Positions 46,027 through 60,277 of a DNA stretch of 64,000 nt are shown one piece after another (the stretch's first letter is position 1; every line of letters starts with the position of its first letter). Source of the stretch: Spizellomyces punctatus DAOM BR117 (lineage: Eukaryota); assembly GCA_000182565.2 (NCBI GenBank), contig KQ257472.1. One strand, 5' to 3'. The notes under the pieces are model-generated. The model searched no databases. It was given only the letters and a program-made list of their open reading frames with translations, and was not told the origin of the DNA. The position numbers and the translations under genes were made by a program.

Positions 46027-49000
46027 TTACGACGTGGAATGCTCGGTACTACCCGCAGCAGCTATACTTGGACTACCGCCTTGGCTTCCTACCTGTTGCG
46101 ATTGGGAATGAGAGTGAGGCGCAGAAGGATAGGAGGAATGAGGGTTTAAACTTGCTCCTGCACCACTTAAAATGTCAAACCCTCTTGGTCCTAAAAATCC
46201 TGGGGAGCTGCCGTGCGGATAGGATTGCACACGATGTTGTGGTAAATGGTGGGGCTGCCGCATAAAATCATCAGCGGGATTCCGTGCGAGGACACTACCC
46301 GGAGTGGCACCAGCAGCAGCAGCAAGACCTGCTAGCGGATCATGTCTGTACCCTCTGTCAGCTAATCCCGGCATATGATGGAGCTGATGATGGGCTCCAT
46401 TCGCATTCAAGTCTCGCTGCCCATGATTCGCCGCTTGCTGGGATGCCAGCATGAGAAGATCAAATCCACTGTTGCGCTGTGCTTGCTGATTGGGTTCAGA
46501 TATTGGGCGTGGGAGCGGCAAATGTGTTCCCGGATAAGGAAGATGCGCTGCGTACGGTACGGTTGAAGACTCATGGTGAGAAAGATGCCTAATAGGATCC
46601 AGCGGAAGGTTCGGGTACGCCCCAAGTGCGGCCTGTGGAGCATGTGACGTATGGGCACGTTCGCCTGCTACATGCTGCCGTTGGTAGTCGCTTGGGTGCA
46701 TTATATGGGCTGCCCGTTGTGGTCCAGATGAAACCATGTTCAAAAATGGAGGGGTGTTGGTCGAAATCGGGGCCGATGGGGCGGCGTGTCCTGCAAAGGA
46801 CTGGCCTCTACCATCTGCATGCATTGTTTGCTCAGTAGTGCGGCTCGTCTGGGGAACTCCCTCACCCCCGAGTTCATCCCCTTCGGCCCGCCCTTCCTCA
46901 TCCTCGCCATCACCAACACTCTCATCACCCTCTCCCTTGAAATCAGTCCTTCTTCTGCGCCTCTTTCGGCCGTCTTCAGGGGGAACCCACTCTTCGTTCA
47001 CTTTGTAAACACCATTTCCTTCTTTAATCAGCCGTCCTCGATCCACCGCCTTCTTGAGCGCTTGGGAGGCAGACGGGCGGAAATGCTCAGGGAGTTCAGG
47101 AATATTTTCTTGCATCCAATGGAAGATAATTCGTGGTTTGGACCCGTGAGGATCTTTTAGTTCGCTGATGGCCAATGCAATCATATCTTCATAGCTTCCT
47201 AACGAACTGGACATTCGGCTTCTTTGCCTGCCTCCCACCGTTCCGGGAGTGGATACGCCGCCGAGTGTGGTAAATGAAGGGAACTCTGCTAAACTCGAAC
47301 CTGGCGTATCGTCTACCTCGCCACTGACGCGACGTGAGCTGGCTGCGGAATAATCATTGCCCTCTTGTTGCTGCACAACGACAATCGGGGCGGGAATTGT
47401 CCGTGGGCGTGCTGAGAACGCCAACAAATCACGTGCCTCCAAAAGCGTTGGTCGAGGCGTAACAAGATCGGCAATCTCAGAGTGTCGAACTGCAGCTTGG
47501 AATAGGGTGACCGCAAGCGTTTCATGCGGATGTTTCATCAGATAATGGTGCATCTACCATTTTAATTCATGTTGAGGGCGACTTTTAGCAAGAAATAATC
47601 AAATACCATGCTTACCTCGCTAAATCGGGTGTGACAAGAAGTGCACATCTTGCCGAGTAACACCTTCTGAACATCTTCCGGAACCTGTGGTGGGCATGGT
47701 CGTCGTGGATCAGCAGCAGCACCAAACCCGTTTGTGTCTTGACGAAAAGGCCCTCCTCTGTCGGTGCTCTGTGAGACATCCGTTTCTTCGATGGGTGGCG
47801 GATGACCTGCTTCCGGGTCTTCTCTTCCCATATCATGTTTCATCTCATTCTTCAACTCATTAACGTCGGCTACTGCGCTTCTTCGGTCCATGACTTTGGA
47901 GCAAACCAAACATCTATCTTCTTCATCTTGCACCGAAGCCATGATTAACCCTGGTCCATGTAAATGCGGAGCATCAACTGCTTTTCTTGGCTTACTGGGC
48001 CGTCCGACGCGTCGCTTAGTCTCGAGAGTAGGCATAAGAGGTTGCCCATTTGCCAATGTCATATTGCCGAACGGAATAGGTTCTGAAGCAATCTTGATGG
48101 CTTTTTCAGTTCCTTCGCAACTATGACAAAACCAATGCGCCGAGACATCTTCCGCCATCGTGTCCGGAACCGCAGGAGAATGGCAAAGTTGGTGATACGG
48201 GGTATCACATGCATCGCAGAGAACAATGCGGTTATGGAATGGTGAATCCCCCCCTGCACATATACTACAAAAGATGCCTCCTTCTGGCACAATCGACGTG
48301 ATGGGGACCATTTCCATTGGTGAACCGAGTGGAGGCGTTGGGGTGGCAGAAGGAGGAATGCTGTAAGCCCCGCGTCCGCGACCTCGACCTCGGCCCCTCC
48401 CACGGGGTCTACCCCTTCCACGTCCACGCACCACCACTCCATTCTCGTCCGGCATCTGCGCGGCTGTGCGTCTTGGTTTGTCTGACGCAGCATTTTGTTC
48501 AGCATATATAAGAGCACCCAGATCAGCAATAGTAACCTACATATTGTCGGTTTCATATTCGCCTCAAATATTCTTGGTCTAACCACTTTCCTTCCACTTC
48601 GCGATATTCCTACAACAGGATCACTGTTTTCCTCTTCAGAAAATGACTCGTCGTCGTCTGATTCAGATTTTCGACGCCGTTTGACAACTTTTCCGGAACC
48701 TGGAGATGGTATACTGATGCGCTCAGGCTCCTCTTCGTACTGGTTATCCGAGTCATGATCGCTTGGCTCATAGTCGTCAGAAATCTACGGGCAAACATAT
48801 TGTCATGACCGATGGCAGCAATGATATTTGGGCTGGCGATGTACCTCTTCGCCTGCCTCACTCCCATTCTCAGCTATCGATCGCTTCCTTTTGGATCTAG
48901 AACCTTTACAGATTTTGGGTGTCAGAAAATATTGAAATACTGTAAGGATGGAGGAGCGTAATGCACGGAAGGTACCTTCTGTTCCTCCAGGCGACGTGGC

Positions 49001-49385
49001 CCGTGACACATCAGCCGACGAAGTTGTTAAGGAATCCCCTGCCAGAGGTCCCAAGCGTGATTGCTGTCGCTGAGGTGACGTTGGATCGTCCTCCATCTCA
49101 AAATCGCCATCATCCTCGTCATTCTATTAGATTACTTCAGATCACATTCCCGGGAAATAAACAGCGTTTGGTGCCTACCCATTGGTCTCCGCTGCCATTT
49201 TCTCGTCTCTCATTAGTCTTTCCCCTCGAATCCTGCTGTGGTAAGAGGGCTGCGAGACGCTGTTGTGGTGTAGGCCCAGGTGCCATATCTTCAACATCAG
49301 AGATTTCTTGCATTTCCGTCTGGTGTGATGTCTCATGTTCTCCCAGGAATGTCCCAGGATTGTATGGTTGCTGTATTGACTCCAT
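46027..49385 (-). CDS. Chromatin protein with AT-hook/RG motifs, a PHD finger and a linker-histone H15-type winged-helix domain, multi-exon
   Basis: PHD CSIC..IVLCDACDTPYHQLC..WFCHSC; AT-hooks GRGRPRG and GRPSK; H15 YEDMIALAISELKDPHGS..IFHWM..QALKKAVDRGRL. Confidence 0.88.
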
Positions 49386-49929
49386 CCCGAAATATCGTCT
49401 TACGGGCTGGATTTCAGAGCATCAACACCTTGATGATCGGTTCGAGTGATCTTGCGAATACAAATATGCAGGCTTGAATTCAATCGTCACAATACGGAAC
49501 ACCCTTTGAATTTCCGGTGTCGTCAAATCACCCAAATATCCCCTAACACATAAGAAATAGACGTTTAAAACAAGACAGGAATGGTGACCTCGTCGTCCGC
49601 CCGATCGAAAAAAAAAGGTGAGATGGCCTAAAGCTTGTTGGTCAATAGTTCAACTATAACTGCGAAAGGGGTCTCAAAAGGTTTAGCAGCCTTTGATGGC
49701 ACAGCATGGGCTGTGCCACTCTTCACGTGCCATTGTCCGAAAGTCAATCTGCACGCCGAAAAGCCAGGAAAACGAACGGCCCGTCGAGGAATCCATCTTG
49801 CGCCTATCGTTAACCTTTGCACGTAAGTCTCTCCATGCCAGTTTACACCATTTGCAGTCGTTGTTGTGTGCTAATATTGTGTTCTAACGTATCTTAAATG
49901 TGCAGAACAGTACATATAACTCAGCAGAA

Positions 49930-50562
49930 ATGGCAGACCCAAACGTTGTGGCAAGACAGTTTGTTGATTACTACTACCAGACCTTTGACACAAACCGAGG
50001 GAATTTGACTGGTCTTTACGTGAGTGCCATATTGTCATTGTTTTCTAGGATATGTCGCTTATTGCAATGACAACCGTGTAGAGAGATATGTCCATGTTGA
50101 CATTTGAGGGCCAACAATTCGCAGGAGCCAAGAACATTGTTGAGAAGCTTACCGTACGTAGGGGACATGGGAGCGGCTACGAAAGTTGATCCACTTTTAA
50201 TGATTGCTTTTGATCATTAATAGGGCCTTCCATTCCAACGCGTCGTCCACAAAGTCTCGACTTGTGACGCACAACCTGGAGGTCCCCAACAAAGCATCTT
50301 GGTGACTGTCACTGGACAATTGCTTGTGAGTGTGTCCCCTAGTTTCTACTAATATTTCAACCAATTTCTAATTTTGATATCTCTAGATTGATGAGGAAAC
50401 ACAGCCACAGTTCTTTTCTCAAACATTCCACTTGTACCCTGAAGGGAACAGCTTCTTTGTGTACAACGGTATGTTGAACCGCATTCTAATTTATCGATAC
50501 GAGAATGGTCTTCTAATGTGTCTTTGGCTGCAGATGTGTTCCGTCTCGTCTTGGGAATGTAA
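49930..50562 (+). CDS. NTF2: Nuclear transport factor 2, 5 coding exons plus a probable 5'UTR intron (49823-49905)
   Basis: MADPNVVARQFVDYYYQTFDTNR..LYRDMSMLTFEG..LPFQRVVHKVSTCDAQP..VTGQL..FSQTFHL..VYNDVFRL. Not in the ORF track because the exons are short. Confidence 0.96.
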
Positions 50563-51355
50563 AAACGACCCAATACTGGACACAGATTCTAATATACATT
50601 CTACTGCCTGCTACTCGCGTACTTTGGCTATATTTGGCTGAATTGGAAAGAGGATGTGTATTTGACCCATTACAGATCCTGTGTTCACCGCGAATCGTCA
50701 CGAAGTCTGGCATAGTTCAATGCCCACAGTTACCCACTTCATCTCTCATTTGTGATTTCTTACCTGCAATTATCTTGCCATGGGAACAAACGTGCATAAT
50801 TGTCCGCACATTTGTTCTATCAGCTGTGGAGTGCGCTGTGTCCATCGGACAGTGTTCGAGATCGAAACCGTTAAAATTATTTCGAAAAGGTTGACACCCC
50901 CTTGCAGTTTGGACGAACCTTACTTGAACCATGTACCAGCATGCACTGTGATATCATGGTTTGACTAGTGCATGCTTAACTATGTCTCCAACCAAGGGTC
51001 TTATTTGTCATTGGTTTGATGCAAAGAACAAGGGGCAGATACCAAAGATCCTACCAGTTCCAATGCTGCGTCAGCGATCGACTCCACGTGACTCATCCGT
51101 CGTCGCTTGACAGGGACCTTTCCTCGCTGGCGACTGATCTCTCATTTGTTGATAAGACCAAGGAAATCTATCTCAAACTGCATTCTCTTAGCGGGTCTGG
51201 ATGCCTTCCACTCTCGCGACACTCATGGGTTCTGGGTCTTGCATATGATGCTCCCGACTGCCGCGTGGTGCGATTCAAAGCAAAGCGCACTTTAGTGTCA
51301 CTCCACTCTTGTGCTTCACCTTTACCTTAATATGTCGGCGTCTACACTTTAAAAC

Positions 51356-54300
51356 ATGCACGACGTGACGTTTTTAAAGAGGACACCACGATCAGTCCCA
51401 AAAACTGAGGTGTGGGTGGATATCGTCTCAACCAGGTCGACGCCCGGCCCATTTACTCCAGCCCGTACCAGTGCGAGAACACGAGCACATACCACAGTTC
51501 ACACAAGCCGAACGAGACTATTTGGCAGTCATGCAAGAGGGAAACGCAAACTACTTGGAGCTGGCAACTGCTCGGAGCCTGAAACACCCGCATTCACATC
51601 CGAGGCTCTTCGTCTGTTCAAGATCGCCCAGAAGAAAGTCTCGTCGAACGTTAAAGAACAGTTTGACGTAGATGCTTATTCTCCTCGAAATGCAAGAACC
51701 CCTAGAAAACCTGCACAAGTGATCCACGAACCCCTCTTCGTACCTCCGAGCTCTCTAGATCACAACAAGCTACCTGGTGTGTGGCCGCAAACAAATATGG
51801 TTGCTTTGTGTGCTAATTGTCTTGCATCATAATTGCAGTATCATCTTCGCCTGACGCTATTCAATTTATATTGTTTTGCTACACCTTTGCTGATTTCTTG
51901 GGGTGGCGAAAGCTCGATATCCACGTAGGCCCTGAGGTTGTTATTAGCCGGAAATGGATGTTGAGTCCATTTACGTATGTCATCTATAGCTGCTTGAGGA
52001 AGAACTTGTCAAGGGTGACAGTCTGTACATAATCGAAATTATTATCAAGTTGTTGCGCAAAGTAGGACACTCTACGGATAATATAATGTAAGTAATAGAG
52101 AACATCCGTGTATACCGAGAAGGTCTTAATATGAATGACTTTAGGCTTTCAAACTGGGAAGAAACTCTTCGATTCCACACGTCAGTGCGACGGCAGAGTG
52201 ATTTGTGGCCGCGGGATGTCACTTTCGCACTGCTTGACGTACCTGCACGGGTTAGTTTAATGTTTATTTTGACATTCAATTGCTAGCAAAGCGTTTATTT
52301 GTCGGTGTCCTAGCTTCGCCTTCTCCGAGAGTTGTGCGACTGGGTTTTGGAAAAGCAAAAGAAACACCTTGGAATGAGGCCGCACAGAATGGTAGGTGCT
52401 CGAGTTTCGGTTTATTTGTAAGGGGTAAGAGCATACTGATCATCTCTTTCGAGTAGCGTTTTCTACCTGTTGCGGTGGATGACGTAGCGATGCAGCAGAG
52501 GCGCTACGTATATTGGCATTTTGGAATTGGGGCATTAAATCAGCGGCTTTATTGCCAAGTGCTGAGTTGGCGACAGATTGGTGAAGCGTCGTCGCCACCA
52601 GAGGAGGGAGAGAACGAATCTTTAGACGTCCTGGAGCTGTCAAATCCCGGCGTCCTTCACGTGGTAAGGTCCATAAGGGTTTATAAAAGTCTCTTCCTTA
52701 TCTCTTATGCTTCTCCACCGTGCAATGCAAGGTAGCCTCGACCCCCGAATCGTGGGCGATGTTTCTAAAGAAAGTGAAAGGTAGTCGGGTTCCTGCGCAT
52801 AAACTTTTGCGAGCACAGTTCACCTCTCTCGCACGCCGAAAGGTATGGAACAATTCTTTCCCAAGCGCAAATGGTCTGCTAATGTCCTTATTTTTTGAAG
52901 GCCGCTGTAGAGGCGAGCAGCGAAGTGACGAACAAAGACGAAGAACACATCAGTGTGGATGGTTTAGCAGCGGTAAGGATTGCCGCTGATGGAACCGACG
53001 GCTTGGAAACTGCTCCTACTCTATATTGACAATCGTATGCGGTAGGAACTACTGCATGACCAAGAAATCATGGTGGAAAAGAAGCGAAAGGCTGAGGAAG
53101 GAGAGGAAGAACGAATTCGCAGATTAGAACGACTACGAGCAGCACGAGAAGCTGCACGGCAACCTACTCCAGAGAAGAAAGCGTCCACAGAGGCGTCACA
53201 TAATGTAGAACGACGAAGGACGAGGTTGGCAAAGGTACGTTCCCATGCATATGCAAATCGACTGGTGCATGCCTTTAAGTGAAAAAACGACAAAAAGAGT
53301 GCCAAAGAAGCAGCGCCAGCACAACCGATTGTTTCTAAAACTACAGCGTGTGACGAGCAATTGCGAATACGAAAGACACTAGCTAGGAAGGTATGAATCG
53401 AAGTCGGAACCTCCGAATTGGCACTCCAAGGACCTTAATGCTTTCATGTCGTTTTAGCAATATGAGCTTTTCACTGACGTGGACAAACATACCAAGAGCG
53501 AAGAATATCGGAGTATGATCGCCGAAGGGACGCATATCCCACTGTGGCACATTTTGACAAACATACTGTGTGACCTATCCATTTGGGATGTTTCACTCAA
53601 GCCACGGCTTTGGGTGCGGAATCTCTATGGTCTGCAGTACGATCCAGATCTAGAAAAACGAGGTATGCGAGATATCTTTGCAAACACTTGGCGCGCACAC
53701 CATAATCTTTTTGTTCTGTTATGGTAGAAATGGACTTTATCGTCAAAAATGCGTGCAAACATCTCGTAGATGGGTTGAAACGACATCCATCTCACGAACC
53801 ATTCTTCGAACCGATAGACCCTGCTCAAGTGCCTGGTTACGACGAGGTTATCCGATACCCCATGGATCTCAAAACGGTACGCCTTTTGCCTTTGCTATGC
53901 AGAGAATGATTGAATTTGCCGGAAAGTGTGATTAATGTGCTCGTGACAGGTTTATGTCAAGGTCATGGTGGACGAGTATCGGGCCTTTTCTGAATTCGTG
54001 GCCGACATACTTACCATATTCCGCAATTGTCGAATTTTCAATGAATCAACTTCTCCTATCGTGTACGAATGCTTGCAACTGGAGCTACGCTATGTGGAAT
54101 TGTGCTGTTGTTTGGGAATGGTCATCGGCCATTCAGGTGAAGGGCTGGACTGGGATGATCCATTCCTGTTGTTTGAGAGAAATCGGCAGGCGAAGACGCC
54201 CTTTCCAAAAGGAAAGCGACCCAGGAAGCCAAAGAATGTGAAGACGGATGCATCATATACCTCATCACACGATGCTGAAGCGCCTGCACCGGCCAAACGT

Positions 54301-55876
54301 GGGCGCAAGAAAAAGAAGTTGGATGTACCTAAGGCTCCAAATGGATTCGCGATCGACCCTCTGTTCGGGATGGGGATAGAGATGCCACATTTCGACATTG
54401 GGGATAATTTTTTGCTTCTTAATCAAGGTATCCTGGGGTCCGCCCCAGGCCTAGGTTCGTACGAAAATATGTTGCCCAACGCACCTCCTGGTATACACGA
54501 AACCGTGTCTACGATGAGTGGAGTTTCACCAAGCTTTGCCGCAGTCACTGCTTTTGAGGGCTATGAACTCACGAGCTCCGTTGAACCAACAGCCATTCCT
54601 GTGTGGACCGACGTACCAAGCGAGATTGGTCCCGCCTGTTCAGCAACTCAGATTCCAATATACCCTAATTTTGGGGCCATGCTTGAGGATACGGGGGCCA
54701 CTACACAGGAATTCGAAGTTCATGACACCCCGTTCGCGTTTGGGGATGTTTATCAGGTTAATGAAGGTAGGCAAGCCTCTGTCTGTCAGCGCTGGGAAGA
54801 GACATGATATTGACATGTTTCCAACAGCACTTGGGCTTAACATGACGTACGTAAATGCGATTTCGGATAAGGAGAGCGACAAGGAACCCTGCCTGGAGGA
54901 GAACATAACATCAAGCATGCGCATACAGGAAATACTATCAACATTCGACAATGATGTACAAGTGCCCAATGCTGATGGTCTTGCCATGAGACCTGGAAGT
55001 CCGATGCCGGAGAAGATCGTTGATAAAGAGCCTGGCGTGGATGAGAGCGCAACAACATCATCCAATAGCATACAAGAAATTCCATCGACATACGGTGAAG
55101 ATATAGGAGATTCAACTGCTCTTGGGCTTACAATAGGACAAGAAAACGCGATCCCAGAGAAGAAGGAGGCCTACAACCCACCTGTTATGGATGACAGCGC
55201 ACAGTCGGGGATACAAGAAATGGCATCAACAATCATGGAAGATGTACACATTTCAGAAGGCCTTGGCTTAACGGTAGCGCAAGGAAGCGCGATCGCAGAA
55301 AAGGAGATTGATCAAGAACTTGTTATGGACGAGAGCACAAAATCGGGCACTAGCATACAAGAAATGCCATCAACAATCGTGGACGATGTGCACGACGTGC
55401 AGGCTTCAGAAACTCTTGGCCTAATTTCTTGCGCCGTCACCGAAAACGAGAGCGATCAAGAACTTGTTATGGACGAGAGCACAAAATCGGGCACTAGCAT
55501 ACCAGAAATGCCATCAACAATCGTGGACGATGTGCACGCTCCAGAAGCTCTTGACCCAACGATGGCACAAGGAAGCGCGATGCCAGAGAACGAGACCAAT
55601 CAAGAACCTGACCAGGATGAAGATGGAGAGGAAGCAAATTCTGGCACTCGGATGGACATCCCACTGGAAATGTCATCTATATCGGATGAAGTCAGACATC
55701 CTGACGGTCTGCAAGGTAATGCATCCAATGATGGAAAAAGCAGCTGGACTGCGACCTGTTCATCCGTTATGGATGTTGCATCTTTAGTTCTTGTGGAAAC
55801 TGCAGAGGTGGATGATCAAGTTGGTGTGGGCCGAAGAAGGAGTCTCGAGAATGCTGGGTTGAGAGTAGACCGATAA
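51356..55876 (+). CDS. CECR2-like ISWI-partner protein: DDT/WHIM-like motifs, bromodomain, acidic repeat tail; multi-exon
   Basis: AIQFILFCYTFADFL..LLEEEL..IIIKLLR (DDT-like), RLRLLRELCDWVL, YWHFG..RLY, then bromodomain HPSHEPFFEPID..PGYDEVIRYPMDLKT..IFRNCRIFN. Intron 54767-54827 joins the last ORF. Confidence 0.82.
54828..55620 (+). repeat. Coding tandem repeat of ~47-50 aa (~144 nt), about 6 copies
   Basis: Units of LGL..E..D.E..MDES..S..IQEM.ST..DDVH. 55310-55394 and 55454-55538 differ at one position. Confidence 0.9.
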
Positions 55877-56111
55877 AGATGAGCACTTGGCATTTTTTAT
55901 AATAAGGAGAGGCCGTCAGTTACTGAGTTGCTTATATTGGGTGCCGTTTTGAAGAATCTTTCTTCGTCTTTCTAAAATTCATTTGTAGTAAATTTCCTGA
56001 TACGGGAGTAGGGATATGCCCTATCGCTCCCAATAGTATGTGTTTACCAAAAGTATATAAAAATACGGCTGAGGATAGAGGGAAAAAAAATAAACCGTGG
56101 CTACGTATCAG

Positions 56112-56184
56112 CACCCCCGGCGGGACTCGAACCCGCAATCTTTGGATTAGAAGTCCAACGTGATCTCCATTACACTACGGGGGT
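56112..56184 (-). tRNA. tRNA-Arg(UCU), intronless
   Basis: ACCCCCG acceptor stem pairs with CGGGGGT; anticodon arm TTGGA-CTTCTAA-TCCAA; T arm GCGGG-TTCGAGT-CCCGC; downstream poly-T Pol III terminator at ~56083-56090. Confidence 0.96.
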
Positions 56185-57149
56185 GGTCGAAATATTAGCT
56201 GACCATGTATCTTATAAAGATATCCTGACTCACTTGATTTGCCATAAATGTTTTAATGCACGTTGCTCGAACTATAATGTATTTAGGTAGTAGACATCCT
56301 GCTTTCACTGAAGCATATTTCAGCTTACTACAGCTACCTGCAAATTCTTCAAAATTCTTCAAACATTAAAATACGTGATGGTAATACCCGATTCCCTCAA
56401 TATCCACCATTGACTTTGTAGTACGACATGGAGGTGTCAACTAGATGACCAAAGTCAATCCTCTCCACACACAAAAGATCCTGCAGATGTCCGACCCAAT
56501 GCTAGATTTGCATATGGATGTGTCGTACTTGGCAGAGTAAGATTCATCGTTGGATTGTGCCGGTTGAAGTTACATGAGGAATCACTTTTTGTTGCACATG
56601 CTTCCTCAGAGTACGTCCACGTCGTGCTTGTCACCTCACGGCCATGCCGCCCGTAGTTTGTACCAGATTTGCAGTCATTTCAGATATATTCTGGTAGTTT
56701 GGGCACAGATTTCGAAAAGAAATCTTGCCATTCGACAAGGATGTGAAGTAAACAAAGACCAAGAGGAGCTGAAGTGCACCCGGGCGTTTCCTCCCCTTTT
56801 TCATGTTTTCTCTACATCTGAACGCTTTTCACCTGTATCATCCGAGGCAAATGAGCCATTTACAAGGAACATCAAATCCATAAACCTCTTTTTGCCCAAC
56901 CCTTTTCTGATCTTCGTCTGCGTTCAGCCCGCAAGGCCGTGCAAAGGAAAAATTGTGGCACAAAACCTTCGTGATTTCGTAAGCAGGGCTATCACATGGG
57001 CTAAGCACGAGCACCCCGCCGATCAACCCCCCTGTCGGTTTTCGTTTATACCGGGCGTACTTTAACCACCGCCGATAGTGGCGATCTCTTTCCAGCCGAG
57101 CTTTTCCTCTAGTATTCACAGTGTAGGCCCATGCTTTCCCGGCTCAAGC

Positions 57150-59871
57150 ATGACTTCGGCCCTGTCTCGAAATCCGGAACGAGATCGCCCCACGTCCTTA
57201 TTGACCAACCTGCTTAGACCTGTCAAAATCTCTAGAAAGAAGGACAGGCCCCCACTTCCACTTTTCTTTCCCTCTGGTTCGGGTGAGGATGTCCGAAAAA
57301 GCAATGCGCCTGCTGTTACCCGACCGAGAGAGAATGTTGGGCCACCGACATTTTCTCCCTTTTCTCCCATGACATCCTCGAACGAGTATGATGAGCGTTC
57401 TCCGCTGTTACAAACGCAGTCAGCAAGTCAAGAGTCAACCTTATTGCGAAGGGTGACGACTTATGGAGGGTTGAATGACGACTACGACCGGCTCTGCTCG
57501 TCTGCCGTACCCCTGGGTCCGAGTTTGATGCCATCGACTCCTGCAAGACTTTCACGCCCCCGATCTATCTCAGCCCCTGGCAATTGGTCTGCCCCGTTAA
57601 CATCATTGCGCAGCGCAGATGGAAGCGACGAGGAGATAGTACCCGTTTTCCTGACGCATGCGATGGAGGGGCCAGTTGATTCTCGCCGATCGTTGGCGTT
57701 GTCTCGTTCGACGCGCTTGATGAGCGTCCCAAAACTATTGAATCGACGCCCAGTGAGTATCGCGGGTGATAGACGAAAGTCTACTATTGATTTGGAGGAA
57801 TCTTGTGCTCCTCGCCTCCCCCCGTGTCAAATCGCAGAATCACCCACGTCATTGGAATCAGCTTTCATCACGGAGCTTTGTGGTGTTACACCTGATGCCG
57901 AAAGTATCTATGAATCAGAGTCAGAAGAGAGCGATACCTCCTCGTCAAAGGAGGAGCACCGAGGGGCAGATTGGTTGAATAGGAGCAGACCGCATGAGCT
58001 GGCGAGGGAACTACCGGGAGAGAGACCCTCGGCATCCGATGGCTCCGAACGCAATCCTTTTTTGGTTGAACAAGGTCCAGAAAACGAGGTCCGACAGCAG
58101 CTGTATATGGATTTTAGCGCACTGGAAGCGAATCATGCCGAGAGCTGTAGATCTGGTGTGCTGAATCCACTGGGTAGCACTGAACCATTCGCTGTGGGTG
58201 TCACTTTCTGTGGAAGGCTCGCTATCGTCGCATAGTGGTACTCATCCTTATCTCTTTTCAGGATCTCGTGTCCACAGAAGCACAATGTGTCTTTTACTCG
58301 TCGTCGGTAGGAGGTGTTCGAGCGCGTAGCTTTCAGGTAAGCGAGCAAAAGATGTACGACTTGGTCAAATCAGACCTTTGATCGATGGACTGTAGGATTT
58401 TGCAGGCGAGACGGGTCACTGGTTAAGAGATCGAGCGGCTGAAGGCACATTCTGGATAGACTTTCATAAACCCTCGGAGCATGATTTAGATCTTGCGTCC
58501 AAGGTATGCAGGATACATCCAGCCAGATTACGTTGCGAGCGGTTGTTCATGAACGTTGGTAGGTCTTTTCGATTCATCCCCTGACGATTGAAGATATCTG
58601 CAATGGTGACATTGAACGCGAAAAGTGCGAGGCGTACAGTAAGTTCGGGCATGTTTTTGCTGTCGTGGCTGGCGGCCTAACTCTGGTCGCTGCTATGATT
58701 CAAAAAGACGACTACCTTTCCATTACTGTTCGAAGCGTTGATCTCTACGATGAAGCTGGGACTGATATTGAAGCTGCCACGCTTTCGATCCTCGTTTACC
58801 CCGATTGCATATTGAGCTTTCATAGCGATCCTCTTCCTCATATTCCGGCTGTTATTCAACGGCTGACCAAAATCCATAACCTAACTGAACGCAAATTTAA
58901 GCAACATTCGACAAAGTTCTTTCACTCTGCATGGATATGTTATTTGGTATGATGTGCAAGTTGTATTTGACTATTCGTTTGGGGCTTTTCTCACAAAGGA
59001 ATACGCGGGTGACAGCTTATCGATGAAATTCTCAACAGCATCGGTCCACTCACGCGCCACCTGGAACGTGAAGCAGATGACATTGAGAATCTCGTTCTCT
59101 ACTCATGGAATGACGAAGGGAAGCTGGACCATGATACTGATATGTTGAGACGGATTCATGGAGCGCGGAAAAGGGCTATAGCGTTGATGAGATTGATGGG
59201 AGATAAACCGCGGGTTCTCAAAGGAGTGGCAAAAAAGGGGATGAAGTGGAAAGAAAAGCTGTTTGGCGATGAATTGGGGTTGTACTTTGAAAGTTTACAG
59301 GTAGGATGATGCTTTGGCTGTCACTATCGAAAACCTCTAAAACGTTCTCGCAAGGATCGCACACTTGCTATCCTGCAAGGCTTGCGACATTTCGATGATA
59401 TGTTGACCAGGTAAGCGGCCTTGCGATGTTATGGTGTTACAATTCCACTCAAAGCTCATCTCCTGCGCAGATGCCACTCTGAGTATCTGGCTGAGATCAA
59501 CATCTCGCTGACGGCTGCCTCTAAACGCACCAATGAACTTATGCGGAAAACCACCGCCGTCGTGACACTCCTGGTTCCTTTGGGAGTGTTAACAGGACTG
59601 ATGGGGTAATATCTGCTAAAGATGTCCTGTTTAAACTTTTGCTCACACATTGTTCATCCCACGTTTTAGAATGAATGTCCGCATTCCGGGTCAAGGCCGC
59701 GAAGATTTGACGTTTTTCGGGATCTATGGATTCATCATGTGCGGTCTCCTAGGTTGGATGTATCGTCTTGCGATTAAATGGCACTGGTTTTCCGATACAG
59801 TTCCAGGAAATGAGGAGCAAGCCAACGATACGCGGGTCGAAGTGCGATGGGATGGGTATCAGGCACTATGA
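57150..59871 (+). CDS. CorA-family Mg2+ transporter (Alr1/Mnr2-like), multi-exon
   Basis: FWIDFHKP, FRFHPLTIEDI..REKCE, ILSFH, WICY.LIDE, CHSEYLAEINI and LTGLMGMNVRIPG (GMN signature) followed by a second TM helix. Confidence 0.93.
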
Positions 59872-60277
59872 CCCTCCCGATGGTGTCATATTTGGTGCAA
59901 ATGCGGTGCATATGGGATGTAGGATAGGGCGTTCTGTAACTAATTGTAAATCTGGGGGTTTCGAGGGATTGTATATTTGCTGCAACGTAATTTATAGTAC
60001 ACTGTCACTTGAACAATCCAAGATACATCGAAAAGTAGTAGCTCAAGTCACAAAACGACAATCAAAAATGGGGGAGGAATTTTTCGTCAGCAAGCTTTTT
60101 AAATACAATAGATAAATTCTTTTATACAATGACATGACTACAACTATTTCTACATATGCACAAAAAAATGCTATGAAAAGGTATATACCTCCTCACCATT
60201 GTCTATGTTCTAAAAACCGAACCCAAAAAAAATATCTTCAAAAGAAGATCATGAAATACGGTACTACAAACCAGTTT

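Noticed and set aside
54518-54827. Apparent frameshift or separate gene after the bromodomain ORF
   Set aside because: Intron GTAGGC..AACAG (54767-54827) joins the frames.
1-55876. Chromatin genes (SCC2, SETD9, TDG, PHD-H15, bromodomain) as a functional cluster
   Set aside because: They are dispersed over 55 kb among unrelated genes, consistent with chance.
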